A stretch of DNA of 61,916 bases, the filler included, from Globobulimina sp. (lineage: Eukaryota), in NCBI GenBank assembly GCA_003354225.1. It is 21 parts of 21 records of this genome, joined end to end, with 100 filler letters (N's around TTAATTAATTAA, not from the genome) between each part and the next. Parts side by side here need not be neighbours in the genome. Positions count along the whole stretch, not along the records: positions 35,455 to 38,307 come from PIVH01004619.1; positions 38,408 to 41,260 come from PIVH01004620.1; positions 41,361 to 44,213 come from PIVH01004621.1; positions 44,314 to 47,165 come from PIVH01004622.1; positions 47,266 to 50,116 come from PIVH01004623.1; 16 more parts are not named here. One strand, 5' to 3'. The translations under genes were made by a program, and so were the position numbers. The notes under the pieces were generated by a model. That model was not told the origin of the DNA, did not search any database, and saw only the letters and a program-made list of their open reading frames with translations. Numbering within the stretch: position 1 is the stretch's first letter; each line of letters starts with the position of its first letter. This document shows, piece after piece, positions 35,455 to 47,399 of this stretch.

Positions 35455-38307
35455 AGCACAAAATTAAAATAATGCTGTAACCGCACCATTAATTCATCGT
35501 TCTTGTCCAAAGCCGATGTGGATAATTGTTTGGTTAACAAAAATTCTGTGGCAGTCACTAAATTTGTATGGTCGATTCTGGAGAACTGTTGATACGATGC
35601 ACTGATCGCAAAAAATGAAATGGAAATCCAATATAAAATGGAGCCTAAAATCACCAAAATGACATCCCACACTATTTCTGATAAGGAAAACGGGACAATT
35701 CCGCCATAACCGATGGTGGTTTCGGTGACCAACACAAAATAATAGGAACGCAACAAAGATCTGGACAGCGATACAGAATCATCCGCTTCTTGAATGGTGG
35801 GATCATTTACAATCCAGTTTAAATTGTCATTCCTTACAAACGACACCGTACCAATCAAATACCACAAACAGGCAAAACAATGGACGATCGACACGATATA
35901 AACTACGTTTTTTGTAAATTTAGAAGCGATATGGATGGATCGTATGAGTTCCACCCATGACGTCCAACAATACTCTAAATAGCGAATTCGAAGCCATTTA
36001 AAACTGCGCAATAAATAAATATACGTCGTTTTCCAGGCAAATGGAATCAAAATCAATTCAAAGGGAATAACTGCTAAGATGTCGAGTATATATTTTCTAT
36101 CTTGTGTTTGCATTTGTGTTTGCGAGCGAGCTGGATAAAAATATACCATTTTGGTGATATTTGGGAATGCGGACAGGATAATATCGAGCAAAAATAGTGC
36201 ATCGATTAACCAATTCACAATCAATGGCCCTTTGTATGGTGTTTTATTAAAATTAAAAGCCGGCATCAAAAAGAAGGAAATGGCCCACATGAATATATAA
36301 CATTGGGTCACGATGCAAAAAGCGTTCAATATGTCCCATATTAATGCAGTATATCGATATATTCTATATTTAAATTCTTGTAATTTTATCTCATTCTCAG
36401 TCAATAACTGCAACGCTGGTTTTCTACGTAAAGTCTCCGCATCGTTTTGTTTAGAAAATGTAGGGTACGCTTTCTTAAAAATCCTGGCAAAAAATGCTGA
36501 TATTTCCGGATACGGCTTCAAAATATTTCGAATTTGCTTGGATGAAATGACAAAAACACACACCATTGTTTTTACAGTATATGTGTATTTCGATTTTGTT
36601 TTGCTTCTCCAAAATGATTCGCAATGATGTCGTCCTCACTCCGCAATGATGTCCAAAAAAGTGCGGATAATTCGCAATGATGTCGTCCTCACTCCGCAAG
36701 CTGTCATCTTCGTCTTCTCTCTTAACCTTACCGTCAATCAGCAAATACAGCAAATTATTTTCTACATTTTGCGATAAAATAATCTGATCTCTAATATACG
36801 ATCTGGGTTGGCATTGATTGGCAATTTTGCGCAGCAAACCATGCGGGATTAAATCCTGTGGTTTTAAGGAAGATAATTTTTTTAATTTTTCCTCTTCGTT
36901 GCTTTGGTTTAAATTGGCTACGGATTCGTCGATAATGTGTTTAATAAAAGATAACAACGAACGCTCCAGAAATTGATATTTTACTCCCATGGACAATGAG
37001 CGTGGTAATTGGTTCAATATTTCAACTTCCTCCATTCCATATTGATTGCGCCACCAATACCGATTCGCTTCGCGCAATTTGTCCTGCTCTTTAATATTAA
37101 TGTTGATGGATTCGAAGCAGTTTCGCAACATTCTATGCTGTGTACCGCGGGATAAATGACGAAAGCCAAGTTCTTCAATAACCGGAGCCAATTCTGCCAC
37201 AAAGATGGTGATGAATACGTAATTTACTAATTGGAATATTATAATTAATATGATTTCGAAATAATTCATTGGCACAATGTCACCGTAGCCGACTGTCGAA
37301 AATGTTACAGTCACAAAATAAATACTCCATAAATACTCATATTGTGGCGTTTCGAAATCGCCGCCATTTAATGTTTTTAATTTTGAATAATACGCAGTTA
37401 GCCATGTATCGAATTCATTGTCGTTGCCGGCATAATCACCGTTATTCTCCACAAATAAGTTAGAACCTGCATTAAATTGGATTTATTCACGTAAAAAAAT
37501 GCAAATAAAAGGAATGTACACACCTAAAAAGAACCAAATGCAGCTCCAAACGTGTAACCAGCCGAGGCCAATTACGATAATCTTAGCTAACCGGGACACA
37601 AACGCCGATCGCATAACACCGCGGTCCGGTATCCAATCAATAAAACTCACTGTGAAATACTCAAACAATCGTAGAATATGCAGCAATTTCAATAACCTGC
37701 ACACAATAAACCATTTCCACGATTGCAAAATGATTAAAATCGCGACATCAAACGGGAAATTTATCACAAAATCAAAGTAAATATAATGCGTCAACCTGTA
37801 CAATTTGAAAGATTCATACTTTGCGTTACCAAAATATTTCAAAATGATTTTGTTGAGACAATGATTATCGTCGGCAACCAGACTCTGTTCCGGATTGAAT
37901 CCCTTTTCATTCAATTCCTTGATGGCCGCTCGAATGGTATTTTGTAAGTCGCCTTTGGTGCCTTTTCGATGTGATTTAGCACTCATATTTTTCATCGCAT
38001 TTAATCTCGATTCAGCTTCATTGAAATCATCAATTATTTTCTTGGTCGAACTATCAATGACATCATCGCGAAAATACAAGTATTCCACAACGATATTAAA
38101 CCACATAAACACATCGCATAACCAATTCAGTATCAAATAATTCGCATTCCGCGTATATTTATTAAAGTAATAAGCAAATTCAAAAGAGGTAGAAATGTAT
38201 AGATATACTATTACAATACAACGCAAAATATACCAAATACGGCGTTTCAAAGTGAGCTCATTCGCCGCTGCTTCGTTGGTGTCATCTTCGTTTGCGTAAT
38301 TTACCCG
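35455..38307 (-). CDS. Multi-repeat cyclic-nucleotide-gated K+ channel (CNGK/KCNH-like), partial, with a frameshift
   Basis: Repeat 1 has S1-S5, an intron at 37467-37523, pore TVGYGD, S6, C-linker LP..L and a CNBD. Repeat 2 has S1-S6 with pore TIGYGG. A 28-bp insertion at 36618-36645 shifts the frame. Confidence 0.85.
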
Positions 38308-38940
38308 NNNNNNNNNNNNNNNNNNNNNNNNNNNNNNNNNNNNNNNNNNNNTTAATTAATTAANNNNNNNNNNNNNNNNNNNNNNNNNNNNNNNNNNNNN
38401 NNNNNNNTTCTGATGATAAAATTGCAAATTTGAAGGAGAACTTAACAGATTTAAATAATAAATTTGTAAATAGAAAGAAAAGGAAAAATAAGAGTCGTTG
38501 TCGGAGCTATAGGAGTTCGATAAGCAGTGTTCTCTCAGAAAATGATGGCTGTACAATATTGCCACTGTATCAAGGATATGATAATGATGCTCCCTTTTTT
38601 GATGATACTATGTCTGAGAACGGCTATTTTTTAAATGCTGAAGCTTATATTGATGACAATTCAAAAAGGGATGCGTAAAAAGTGTAGCTTTTTTTTATTT
38701 TTTTCTATTGTTATTTTTTTTTGTGTGTTTTTTGCAGATTCGTAGTAGTGTATATGTGTTTTGTCTGAGTTAGTATTTTTTTTGTGTTTATATTTTAGGT
38801 ATTTTATTTTATCTCCTTTTTTTATACTTTGAAAAGCAAACACTTTTTAAAAAAATTCAAGGTTGAGTTGAAAAAAAAGAACAAAATCTGACGCTGAAAA
38901 TTTATTAGAAACTAAATGCATTGTAACAATAAACAACATG

Positions 38941-39576
38941 TCAGCGATGCGATATCCTCGTTTCGGTTAAATCATTGTAATCTTTTGTGAGTGGTGCCAT
39001 ATTCAAATTTGTGCGTTGCAATTCGGTATCAGGATCACCTTTCAAACATTGTTGTAGCACATCATTAATATAGTCAGCATCAGCTCCGTTTCGATCAAAC
39101 TTTATAATTTGAGTATACCATTCAGATTTAGATTCAGATCGTTGTAATTTACAAAATAATTGGGGATACTGTCCTTGTTCTCCTTTGTGACGCTTAACAA
39201 AAGCACGTATTCTTTGTTTCATTGTTTCATCGTTGTGTGTATCATAATTAATATTGTTGTTGCTGGCATGCACATTATGTAATTGTTGAAAGTCGTAATA
39301 AGTACACTTCTTAGAGTTTAAATAGTTTCTTATCAAGAATTCGAGATGTCGCCGACGCACTGTTCTGTAGTCTCCGGGTGTTGTCACCAAAATCACTTCT
39401 CCTGATTCTCGTTCTCGTTTTTCAGCTGACAATAAATCGCGGTCATTCGTATGAATGTTGTGTGAATAATTGGATAATGTCATGGCCATCATAAGAATAA
39501 TAAATGTAACAAGTAAAATACTTGTGATAATAAGTATTGTTGCATGCTTACTACCTTTTTTTTTTGTTTGTAACAT
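38941..39576 (-). CDS. Type II membrane protein with a possible SH3BGR/glutaredoxin-like domain
   Basis: N-terminal TM, then VILVTT...FL...K...YYDF...G..YPQLF, resembling SH3BGR. Confidence 0.5.
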   Translation of the reverse strand: MLQTKKKGSKHATILIITSILLVTFIILMMAMTLSNYSHNIHTNDRDLLSAEKRERESGEVILVTTPGDYRTVRRRHLEFLIRNYLNSKKCTYYDFQQLHNVHASNNNINYDTHNDETMKQRIRAFVKRHKGEQGQYPQLFCKLQRSESKSEWYTQIIKFDRNGADADYINDVLQQCLKGDPDTELQRTNLNMAPLTKDYNDLTETRISHR

Positions 39577-39902
39577 GTTTGTGTTGGCTGTTTACAGCTT
39601 ACGTTAATTTAGCAACAGTTTGGTGAGTTGGTAAATGAGCAAAGGATCTATTTTAAATATTTTATAAATGCTTATAAAATGTATAAAATTGTATAAAATT
39701 GTAAATGCCTCATATTCATAAATCATAATCGATCATAATCTTAATCTCTTTAAATATACAGCATCTCCGAGATTGTAAACTATTTCATATTCATTGCAGT
39801 CCAAAATTTAGCGAACAAATCCATTATATTTCCGTTATTTGTATTCTTTGGATAAAGAAATCTTTAATATTTAATTGTCAGAAAACCTGAGTTCACTGTG
39901 CA

Positions 39903-40845
39903 ATGGGTCTTGGCTCCTCTAAAAAACATCTCAAAGCAAATAAGTTGAAATATTATGAAACATCAGACGAAGTCTGGGTGTTTGGTTCAGAACACATAGC
40001 CGCAATAAAAAGCAGTCTTGATTTGTTAGGATTAAGTTTCACCTCCAAAATAATCCTGCAATACGTAGGCAATGTCAATTCAGTAAAATGGTCCCATCCA
40101 AACTATACAACTTATATTCATACCAAACGAACTCCATTGAACAATAACACAACTCCATTATGTCCAGATTGGTTGGATACACTTTACGTTTATGGAGACC
40201 TCAGAGGAGTAAAAGTTGTTATTCTCGGAGGAGGTATAAATTGCATAAAAATGTGTGTTTTTAGTTTTTACCGTAATAAACACATGTTCGACAATAGGTG
40301 GTGTTGGAAAATCAGCCATAATCATAAAATTGTTGACTGGTAATTTCTTAGAAGAGCATGATGACTATGGCTCATCAATTGAAGATTCTTATTTTCACAA
40401 ATTGACAATTAATGTGCCTGCAGATGAATATGACTCAGCTGCAGTCGCTTGCAATAATGCACAAAATGTGTTTTTGGATATATTGGATGCAACGTTGATA
40501 CAAGAATTTAGTTTAATGCTAGATCAATGGATTCGTGAAGGGCACATTTTTTTGTTGGTATTTTCTGTAGTTAACGAGAGAACATTTGAGGAAATTCAAC
40601 GTATTCGACAACGTATATTTCGTTGCAAAGATACAAATCATTTGGAGGAAGAATGTGATTATGCAATGGTAGCAGTGGGGAATAAATGTGATTTGCGAGT
40701 AGATGGAGATGTATTTTGCAATGGTTATGGTGGTGGATCAGGAAGAGATGTCAATATGGATGAGGTAAATGATTGGTGCATTGAGCTGGGAATACCATAT
40801 ATCGAAACATCTGCGAAAACAGGAAAGAATATTCATTTTCTGTTT
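39903..40845 (+). CDS. Divergent Ras-family small GTPase with an N-terminal MG extension, 3' end lost at a chimeric junction
   Basis: An intron at 40234-40297 restores VVILGGGGVGKS. Also SIEDSY, LDILDATLIQE, DQWIREG, GNKCDL and ETSAK. Confidence 0.88.
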
Positions 40846-40852
40846 CCACGAC

Positions 40853-40986
40853 AGATCGGTGATCTCTCCAAGACTGCAGGACTGCACAGTATGCATCAGT
40901 TCAGCAAAAATATTGTCGCCCCTTAGAGCAACATCCTTTAACAGCTTCCTGGCGTCTTGAGAAGAATCTTTATGACGTTTTTTAAA
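40853..40986 (-). CDS. Bacterial methylmalonyl-CoA mutase family (IcmF-like) C-terminal fragment
   Basis: Translates [44 protein letters not shown], matching the N.F.ELM....CSLG.IT motif. Confidence 0.7.
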
Positions 40987-41140
40987 CAGTCTGAGCCACT
41001 GTTGTTTCCCGATATTACCTATAGCTTTTATCCTGTGTACTGCAATCTTTATGATATTGATTATTGGAGAGCTGGGGCTTGTATTTTATCTTATTCGAAG
41101 GTAAATGCGATTGGAACAGAAATGAAACCAATTAACATAT

Positions 41141-41260
41141 AAGAAGAATTTCTCATACAATCCGTTTGAAATTCTACGTATTGAGAAAGTTGGCCCTGTT
41201 GTTGGAAAAGCACTTCGAAAGGCTGCGATGCTCGCCATTATCTTTGCTTTAGGCGGAATC
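41141..41260 (+). CDS. secF: Bacterial SecF/SecDF fragment
   Basis: Translates FEILRIEKVGPVVGKALRKAAMLAIIFALGGI (the VGP.VG..L...A..A SecF motif). Confidence 0.75.
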
Positions 41261-41364
41261 NNNNNNNNNNNNNNNNNNNNNNNNNNNNNNNNNNNNNNNN
41301 NNNNTTAATTAATTAANNNNNNNNNNNNNNNNNNNNNNNNNNNNNNNNNNNNNNNNNNNNCAAT

Positions 41365-44066
41365 GTGATCGAACATATAAATAACTTATTCCCCAGCGAG
41401 GAATCGTTAGGCGATGTCCATGACGGTCCCTTAGCATATCGCATATCCCATATTCGCTCCCAAGTCTCCGACATAGATTCAAAACTATCATTGTCAGTGC
41501 AAGAAGCCGCAGAGAATCGGCGCAAGACTCAACGCGCCATCTCAGAAACACAAGTATCGATTCAAGACTTATTTGCCAAGGTCTCCTCCATCAAAGAGAA
41601 GGCCGTCGAGTCCGAGATAATGGTGGAAGAGATCTGCAGTGATATTCGCAAGTTGGACAATGCCAAAAAGAACTTATCGCAGTCCATCACCACCTTACAG
41701 AAGCTACACATGTTAGTGAGTGGCGTGGAGCAATTACAAAAAGACGCATCCACAAAATCATACGACAGAGCCTCCCATTTAGTGCAGGCTTTGAATGACT
41801 TATTTATGCATTTCCAACATCATTTGTCGTTGACACAATTGAAATCACTCAAATTGGACATGGATAAGACACGTGAGGAATTGAAGAAGAATATATACCG
41901 CGATTTTCGAAAATATGATCCAAAATCGGCCATCAATGCGGAGGAAATGATCGAAACGTTGCGCAATGCGTGCGAGGTGATTGACGCGTTGGGTCAAGAA
42001 GAACGGCATGAGTTTATAGAATGGGTCAGCAGTACGCAGTTGCAGGCCTATGGTGCTATATTTGCGCCTGGCGGAGAGAAATCAGGTACGTTGACATGGT
42101 TTATGAAAAACATTTACTTTACTTTGCATGAAAAATCTTTAAATCAATGCCCTCGCTTCAGAGACTTAGCAATGGCAGTGAGAACATTGAGTTATCTATT
42201 TTTTTGAAGTGAGCTAAGTCATCCTTTTGCAAAAGGCATTGAGAATCTTGATCGTAGGTTTGAATGGCTTAAGAACCAATTATTAAAATATAATAAACAT
42301 TACGCGAGTATTTTCCCGCGGTATTGGAACGTACCCGGTGCGATATGTAAACTGTGGAGCGATGTCACGCGTAAACATTTAGTTGAGATATTATTACAGT
42401 CGCAAGCCATGAATGCATTGGATATGAGTGATATGGTACGCGCATTGGAACAATGTGTCTCTTTTGAGAAAGAATTGCAAAGATTGTATTCAGTTCCATC
42501 GTTCAGCGACGATTTGGAGAAAATAAGAATATCGATCAAGAATCTGATGGGTGATTATGACGAAGACGAGTTATATAATGATCCGATGACCGCGGATAAA
42601 ATAAAAATCAGATATAAATTAGAAAAATTAAAGAAGAAATTGGCCGATTGCGAGGCACAAATACGGGCAGAAAACAAGGAAAAGGATATGGAAAAGGAAT
42701 GTTTTGAAATTAATTTTGTCAATATTTTAAGCAGTGCGTTTAATAAATATATGCATTATTATGTTGAGTTGGAAGCAAAGTCAATAAACGATGTGCTTTC
42801 GGATATAAATAAGAATGAAGAATGGACTGTGTCCGACTTGCAACATATACCAAATGAAGCGAGATATGGCGGTATTGACGATTTATTGGGTTACGTTAAA
42901 TCCTCTATTCATAGATGTGCGAAAATTGGCGGTGCTGCGGATATATTTTATAAGATATATTTCGAATATCGGGACGGTCTCATTAATTATGTCGATATGT
43001 TAAACAAAAGAGTTACTTCATTGAACACGGATATTGCGCATAAAAATAGGTCGCAAAAAAATATTACTCTCGAATTAATATCATTAGTTTTGGTGGTTAA
43101 CACCTTGGATTATTTAAGGTATTGTTTACTTTGATCTATATTCAAAACAATGACACTTTGCGTTGTTGAAGTGACACATTGGTAGCTTTAGAAAGCAAAT
43201 TAAAACATTCAATGAATGACGAGAAATTATGCAAAAAAGTAAATTTAGGCGACATTCAAGAAGGAAAATGCGATGATTTGGCAGCCAAAACAGTGAAATG
43301 TATCTCGCAAATGATAACCCAGAAAATAGGTTTTGTTTTAGACCGTGAAGTGGTTGGTTGTCGCAAATGGAATGACAGCGAGCAAGCGACCCAGCGGTCG
43401 TCTTTTTTAACGTCGATGAAAAATATATTAAATAATGATGTTGGAATAGTGCATGAATTGCTAGTGATGGGATATCACAGTCTCTTAAACTCGCAAATGT
43501 CTCAGAGATTGATGCCGCAATATATCTCGTCCACCATTGGCAGGATTCGCAGGATGAGCGGTGAGGGCGCATTGCAGCTACAATTGGATACGCGCGATTT
43601 TGAAAAAACTATTCTTGACTTACCCAATATTGGCCTAGATACTGATACATCCATTGTTGCACTAAATATTCATCCGAATTTAAACAAAAATATAAGGATT
43701 GCCAATGCGTTCAAAAATAGTACATCCAAACAAGTGAATCGCATCCAAGCGTTGTTGAAAACCATTGTTGCGAATTATAATGGATCACAGGATACATTGC
43801 CAAAAATTGCTACTTTTTTTAAGGATGTGAGCAATAACGGGAATCATAATGATTTATCAAAGATTTGTGAAATTAAAGGATTGCAGAAAAACGAAATACA
43901 GACTGTTGTAACCATCTATAATCGGATAATGCCAATAAGTAAACAGTCAAAGCCATTAATAACGCAAAATCAAAAGCATATTAATGATGATATTGGTAAT
44001 ATTGCACTTGGCTTAATGAACAAGTTTACTTCTGGACGCTCAATATTTGCGAAAAGCAATCAATGA
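41365..44066 (+). CDS. VPS53: GARP complex subunit VPS53
   Basis: IEHINNLFPSEESL, IKEKAVESEIMVEEICSDIRKLDNAKKNLSQSITTLQKLHMLV, DRRFEW, IFPRYW and GALQLQLD. Two introns. Confidence 0.92.
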
Positions 44067-44981
44067 TAATCAACATCACTTGTAGTTGTTCTCCTTTCTT
44101 GTTTGATTAAGGATTAGGTCTGTTCGCACTTCGTACATCATTCTGATAGTATTTTAATTAAAACCGTCTGTAAATTATGGTTAAACAAGCTGCGTCTGCT
44201 GCGAGATTGTGCTNNNNNNNNNNNNNNNNNNNNNNNNNNNNNNNNNNNNNNNNNNNNTTAATTAATTAANNNNNNNNNNNNNNNNNNNNNNNNNNNNNNN
44301 NNNNNNNNNNNNNAAAAAGAAGACCTGTTTCATATGATGATAAGCTCTTCCAAAGTATTGTATTAATACTACTTTTTCACAACTTAAACTAAAATTATCT
44401 GGCAAAACAATGTTTCTACGGGATGAATAAAAAAAACAATTAGAGCAAAACTAAAATTTTCAGGATCATTCGTTCAATATACCGGTTTTGATTTAATTAT
44501 TTTAATAAAAAAAATATGTCAAGAAATTAATCTGAAATGATTATTTCTTCTGATAATAAAATATTAAATTCAGCTTTGTATAATAATTATAATCCGCTGA
44601 TATTTCTAAGTTAGATCCTGTAACGCAAATTCATCGATATTTCGGGGTGGTATTTAAGATGCAATCGGTTAAACAGTAAACCACCTTTAATATTTTATTG
44701 TAATTTAGAAAACCTGGTCCTATGGGACAGGATTCTTTACTCGGTTTTTTCTGTTTCTTTAAAATTCGCCAAGTTTATCAAATAACGCAATGTGTTAATG
44801 TTATAGGTGTATCGATTTTTAAAAGCAATACCATACTATTTCGTATTGATTACCTATAGAATTTATGAGTTATTGCGGCATATGAATTGTTGCGGCAGTT
44901 TCAGGTGGGCTTATGTGGTTACCGGAAAAGGATAAAAAACGTTCAAAAAACAGTAAATGTACAAATTTAAAGTAACAAACC

Positions 44982-46704
44982 AGCAATTCTAACTGAAAGT
45001 TATTTACCCAAACCAATGAGGTTTTATAATGTAATAATAAATATTTTTTCGCGAAGCCCAAACCCGTATTTCGATATAACTTATTAATATTATTCTAAAT
45101 AAAAACATCTAGACTTTTGCCTTATATATTGTTATATATTCAAGTAGGTTATCAATATATAGAGGCTATCTTGCATACTAAAAAACATCTCAGTTTCAAT
45201 GCGCTGCGAAAAGCAATTTCCGATGTCTTTGTAGAAATCGATGACAACAGACAATCAGGAAAGGTGGACTTTGAACTGCACGACTGCCTTATGAGCGCTT
45301 TGGCCATGATGTTCTTCCAAGACCCTTCACTGCTTTCCTTTCAACGCCGTATGCAAGATAGCATGCAATGCAGTAATTTAAACGCCATGTATCAGGTTAA
45401 AGCCATTCCCAGTGACGCTGTATTGCGAAAGGTTTTAGATGCCATCGATACACAAAAAATAAATCGTTGCTTTCCAGTCTTGTTTCAGCGTCTGCAGCGA
45501 AGCAAACAGCTTTTGCCTTATAAACTGGACAGTGGTCATTACCTTATTGCTATAGACGGCTCACAATACTTTTCTTCCGGGAAAATCAATTGTCCAGGTT
45601 GTTTGACATACAATGGCGCAAAAAGAAAACAGCGCTACTCACATCAAATTCTTCAAGCCGTTATGATTCATCCGGATATGCGCCAGGTGTTGCCACTGGC
45701 CCCGGAGCCAATCATCAATTCCGACGGCAACGTTAAAAATGACTGTGAACGTTCCGCAGGCAAACGACTCGTGGGCAACATTCGTTCAACGCATCCCAAA
45801 TTGAAAATTATGATCACCGGTGACGGTCTTTATTCCAATCAGCCGTTTATTGACACGCTCAAAGCAAACAGCATGTCCTTTGTCCTTGTGGCAAAGCCCA
45901 CTGACCACAAACTCCTGTTTCAATGGGTTGAAGAACTTGAGGCTCTTGGTGATGTTGAACGCATGAAGCTCATAGACCCAAAAGGACGACATCACACCTA
46001 CCGCTGGGTCAACCACGTGCCGCTAAATGGCAGCCGCAATACCGATCAGGTCAATTTCTTTGAATACTGGCTTACGGTGGATCAAAAAGTCACTTACCAC
46101 AATAGCTGGGTGACAGACCAGGACATAAGCAGAGAAAACATCCTTGAACTTGTCAAAGCCGGTCGTGCCCGTTGGAAAATTGAGAACGAAACGTTCAACA
46201 CCCTTAAAAATCAAGGCTACCATATCGAGCATAATTTCGGACATGGTCAAAACCATTTATCCAACAACTTTTTTGTACTGAACCTGTTGGCCTTTTTTAT
46301 TCATCAGATCATGGAACTGTGTGACAGAGGTTACCAGTATTGCCGTTCAAAATTCAGTTCCCGTAAAGAGTACTGGAACAACCTGCGCGCAGCAATTCGT
46401 ATTATGCTGTTTTCCGACTTTGATCACCTTTTGCGCAATGTGGCCGACCCACCTGAAATAAGAGCCCCGTGACCTGATAATCGTTTCACTCCGAATATAC
46501 TATTCCTGTAAATCCCTATATCCGGGCCACGGTCACCTGTTGTCCTGATTGCCATACGGATATGAGAACAGAGCGCATTACACTTGCCTTTGCCCGAATA
46601 CCCCAATTAAAATGTCTCTTTGTATTGATAATTCTGGCTCACCAGTAAAAATTTAGCTCCATATCGGGCACCATCTATAAAATTAACTTTCAGTTAGAAT
46701 TGCT
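44982..46704 (+). mobile_element. Bacterial insertion sequence, 1723 bp (ISNCY/ISDol1-like DDE element)
   Basis: Perfect 21-bp terminal inverted repeats AGCAATTCTAACTGAAAGTTA (44982-45002 and 46684-46704) flank a single transposase. No clean target-site duplication. Confidence 0.88.
45171..46472 (+). CDS. DDE transposase
   Basis: Motifs IAIDGS, ITGDGLY and GRARWKIENETFNTLKNQGY. Likely TTG start at 45171 after an AGAGG RBS (the ORF is open from 45117). Intronless. Confidence 0.93.
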   Translation: MHTKKHLSFNALRKAISDVFVEIDDNRQSGKVDFELHDCLMSALAMMFFQDPSLLSFQRRMQDSMQCSNLNAMYQVKAIPSDAVLRKVLDAIDTQKINRCFPVLFQRLQRSKQLLPYKLDSGHYLIAIDGSQYFSSGKINCPGCLTYNGAKRKQRYSHQILQAVMIHPDMRQVLPLAPEPIINSDGNVKNDCERSAGKRLVGNIRSTHPKLKIMITGDGLYSNQPFIDTLKANSMSFVLVAKPTDHKLLFQWVEELEALGDVERMKLIDPKGRHHTYRWVNHVPLNGSRNTDQVNFFEYWLTVDQKVTYHNSWVTDQDISRENILELVKAGRARWKIENETFNTLKNQGYHIEHNFGHGQNHLSNNFFVLNLLAFFIHQIMELCDRGYQYCRSKFSSRKEYWNNLRAAIRIMLFSDFDHLLRNVADPPEIRAP

Positions 46705-46801
46705 CAAAGGTGGGCCACATATTTGACGCCCATGTCTGCCGGAACCATAATAACCGGTTTTGTCATAATTTCATAAGCATGAACTTCATCTGAAGGTCGA
46801 C
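46705..46801 (-). pseudogene. Bacterial CBS-domain gene fragment truncated at the IS right end
   Basis: RPSDEVHAYEIMTKPVIMVPADMGVKYVAHL stops exactly at the inverted repeat. Confidence 0.65.
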
Positions 46802-47399
46802 TCGTCACCAGATAACTTTAATGTACCTGCGGTCCTGAAAATTAAGGCTTCACACCAGATTAGATTTCCTAATCTCAGGACAATAAAGATTTGCTCGACA
46901 TCATCCTGAAAAAATCAATCCGATTGCATGTCAGGTCACCGTATCACAGGTATTTTAAGGGGCTTAAACCGATAGATATTAACATATTACCTGCACCGTG
47001 CCGATTGGGATTTCCACCTTTGATCACGGAAAGAATCACAGAATTTGCTTTCGATTGGACGGTTGGGATTACAAAAAGCTATATGGCAAACTCTATTACC
47101 TCCCTATAACACATAGACCCATCCTCTCAAATTCCTGAAACAGATTACTGGTCTCAATAACTCTTNNNNNNNNNNNNNNNNNNNNNNNNNNNNNNNNNNN
47201 NNNNNNNNNTTAATTAATTAANNNNNNNNNNNNNNNNNNNNNNNNNNNNNNNNNNNNNNNNNNNNATATTCCCTGGGGGGGGGGGGGTGGGGGTGGGGGT
47301 GCAACTGGTGTGTCGGGCATAACTCTATATACGGTCGGGTCAGTTACTCTATTTGTTGCTTCAATCGGATTATTTCATCATCTTTGCTGCTCTGTAATT

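Noticed and set aside
44314-47165. The IS as a horizontally transferred element in the eukaryotic genome
   Set aside because: The contig has no eukaryotic gene or intron, and its flank is a bacterial CBS gene, so co-sequenced bacterial DNA is the simpler explanation.
47275-47300. G-run (poly-G, TGGGGG x2) as a telomere or G-quadruplex element
   Set aside because: It is short, sits at a contig edge, and is not seen at other contig ends.
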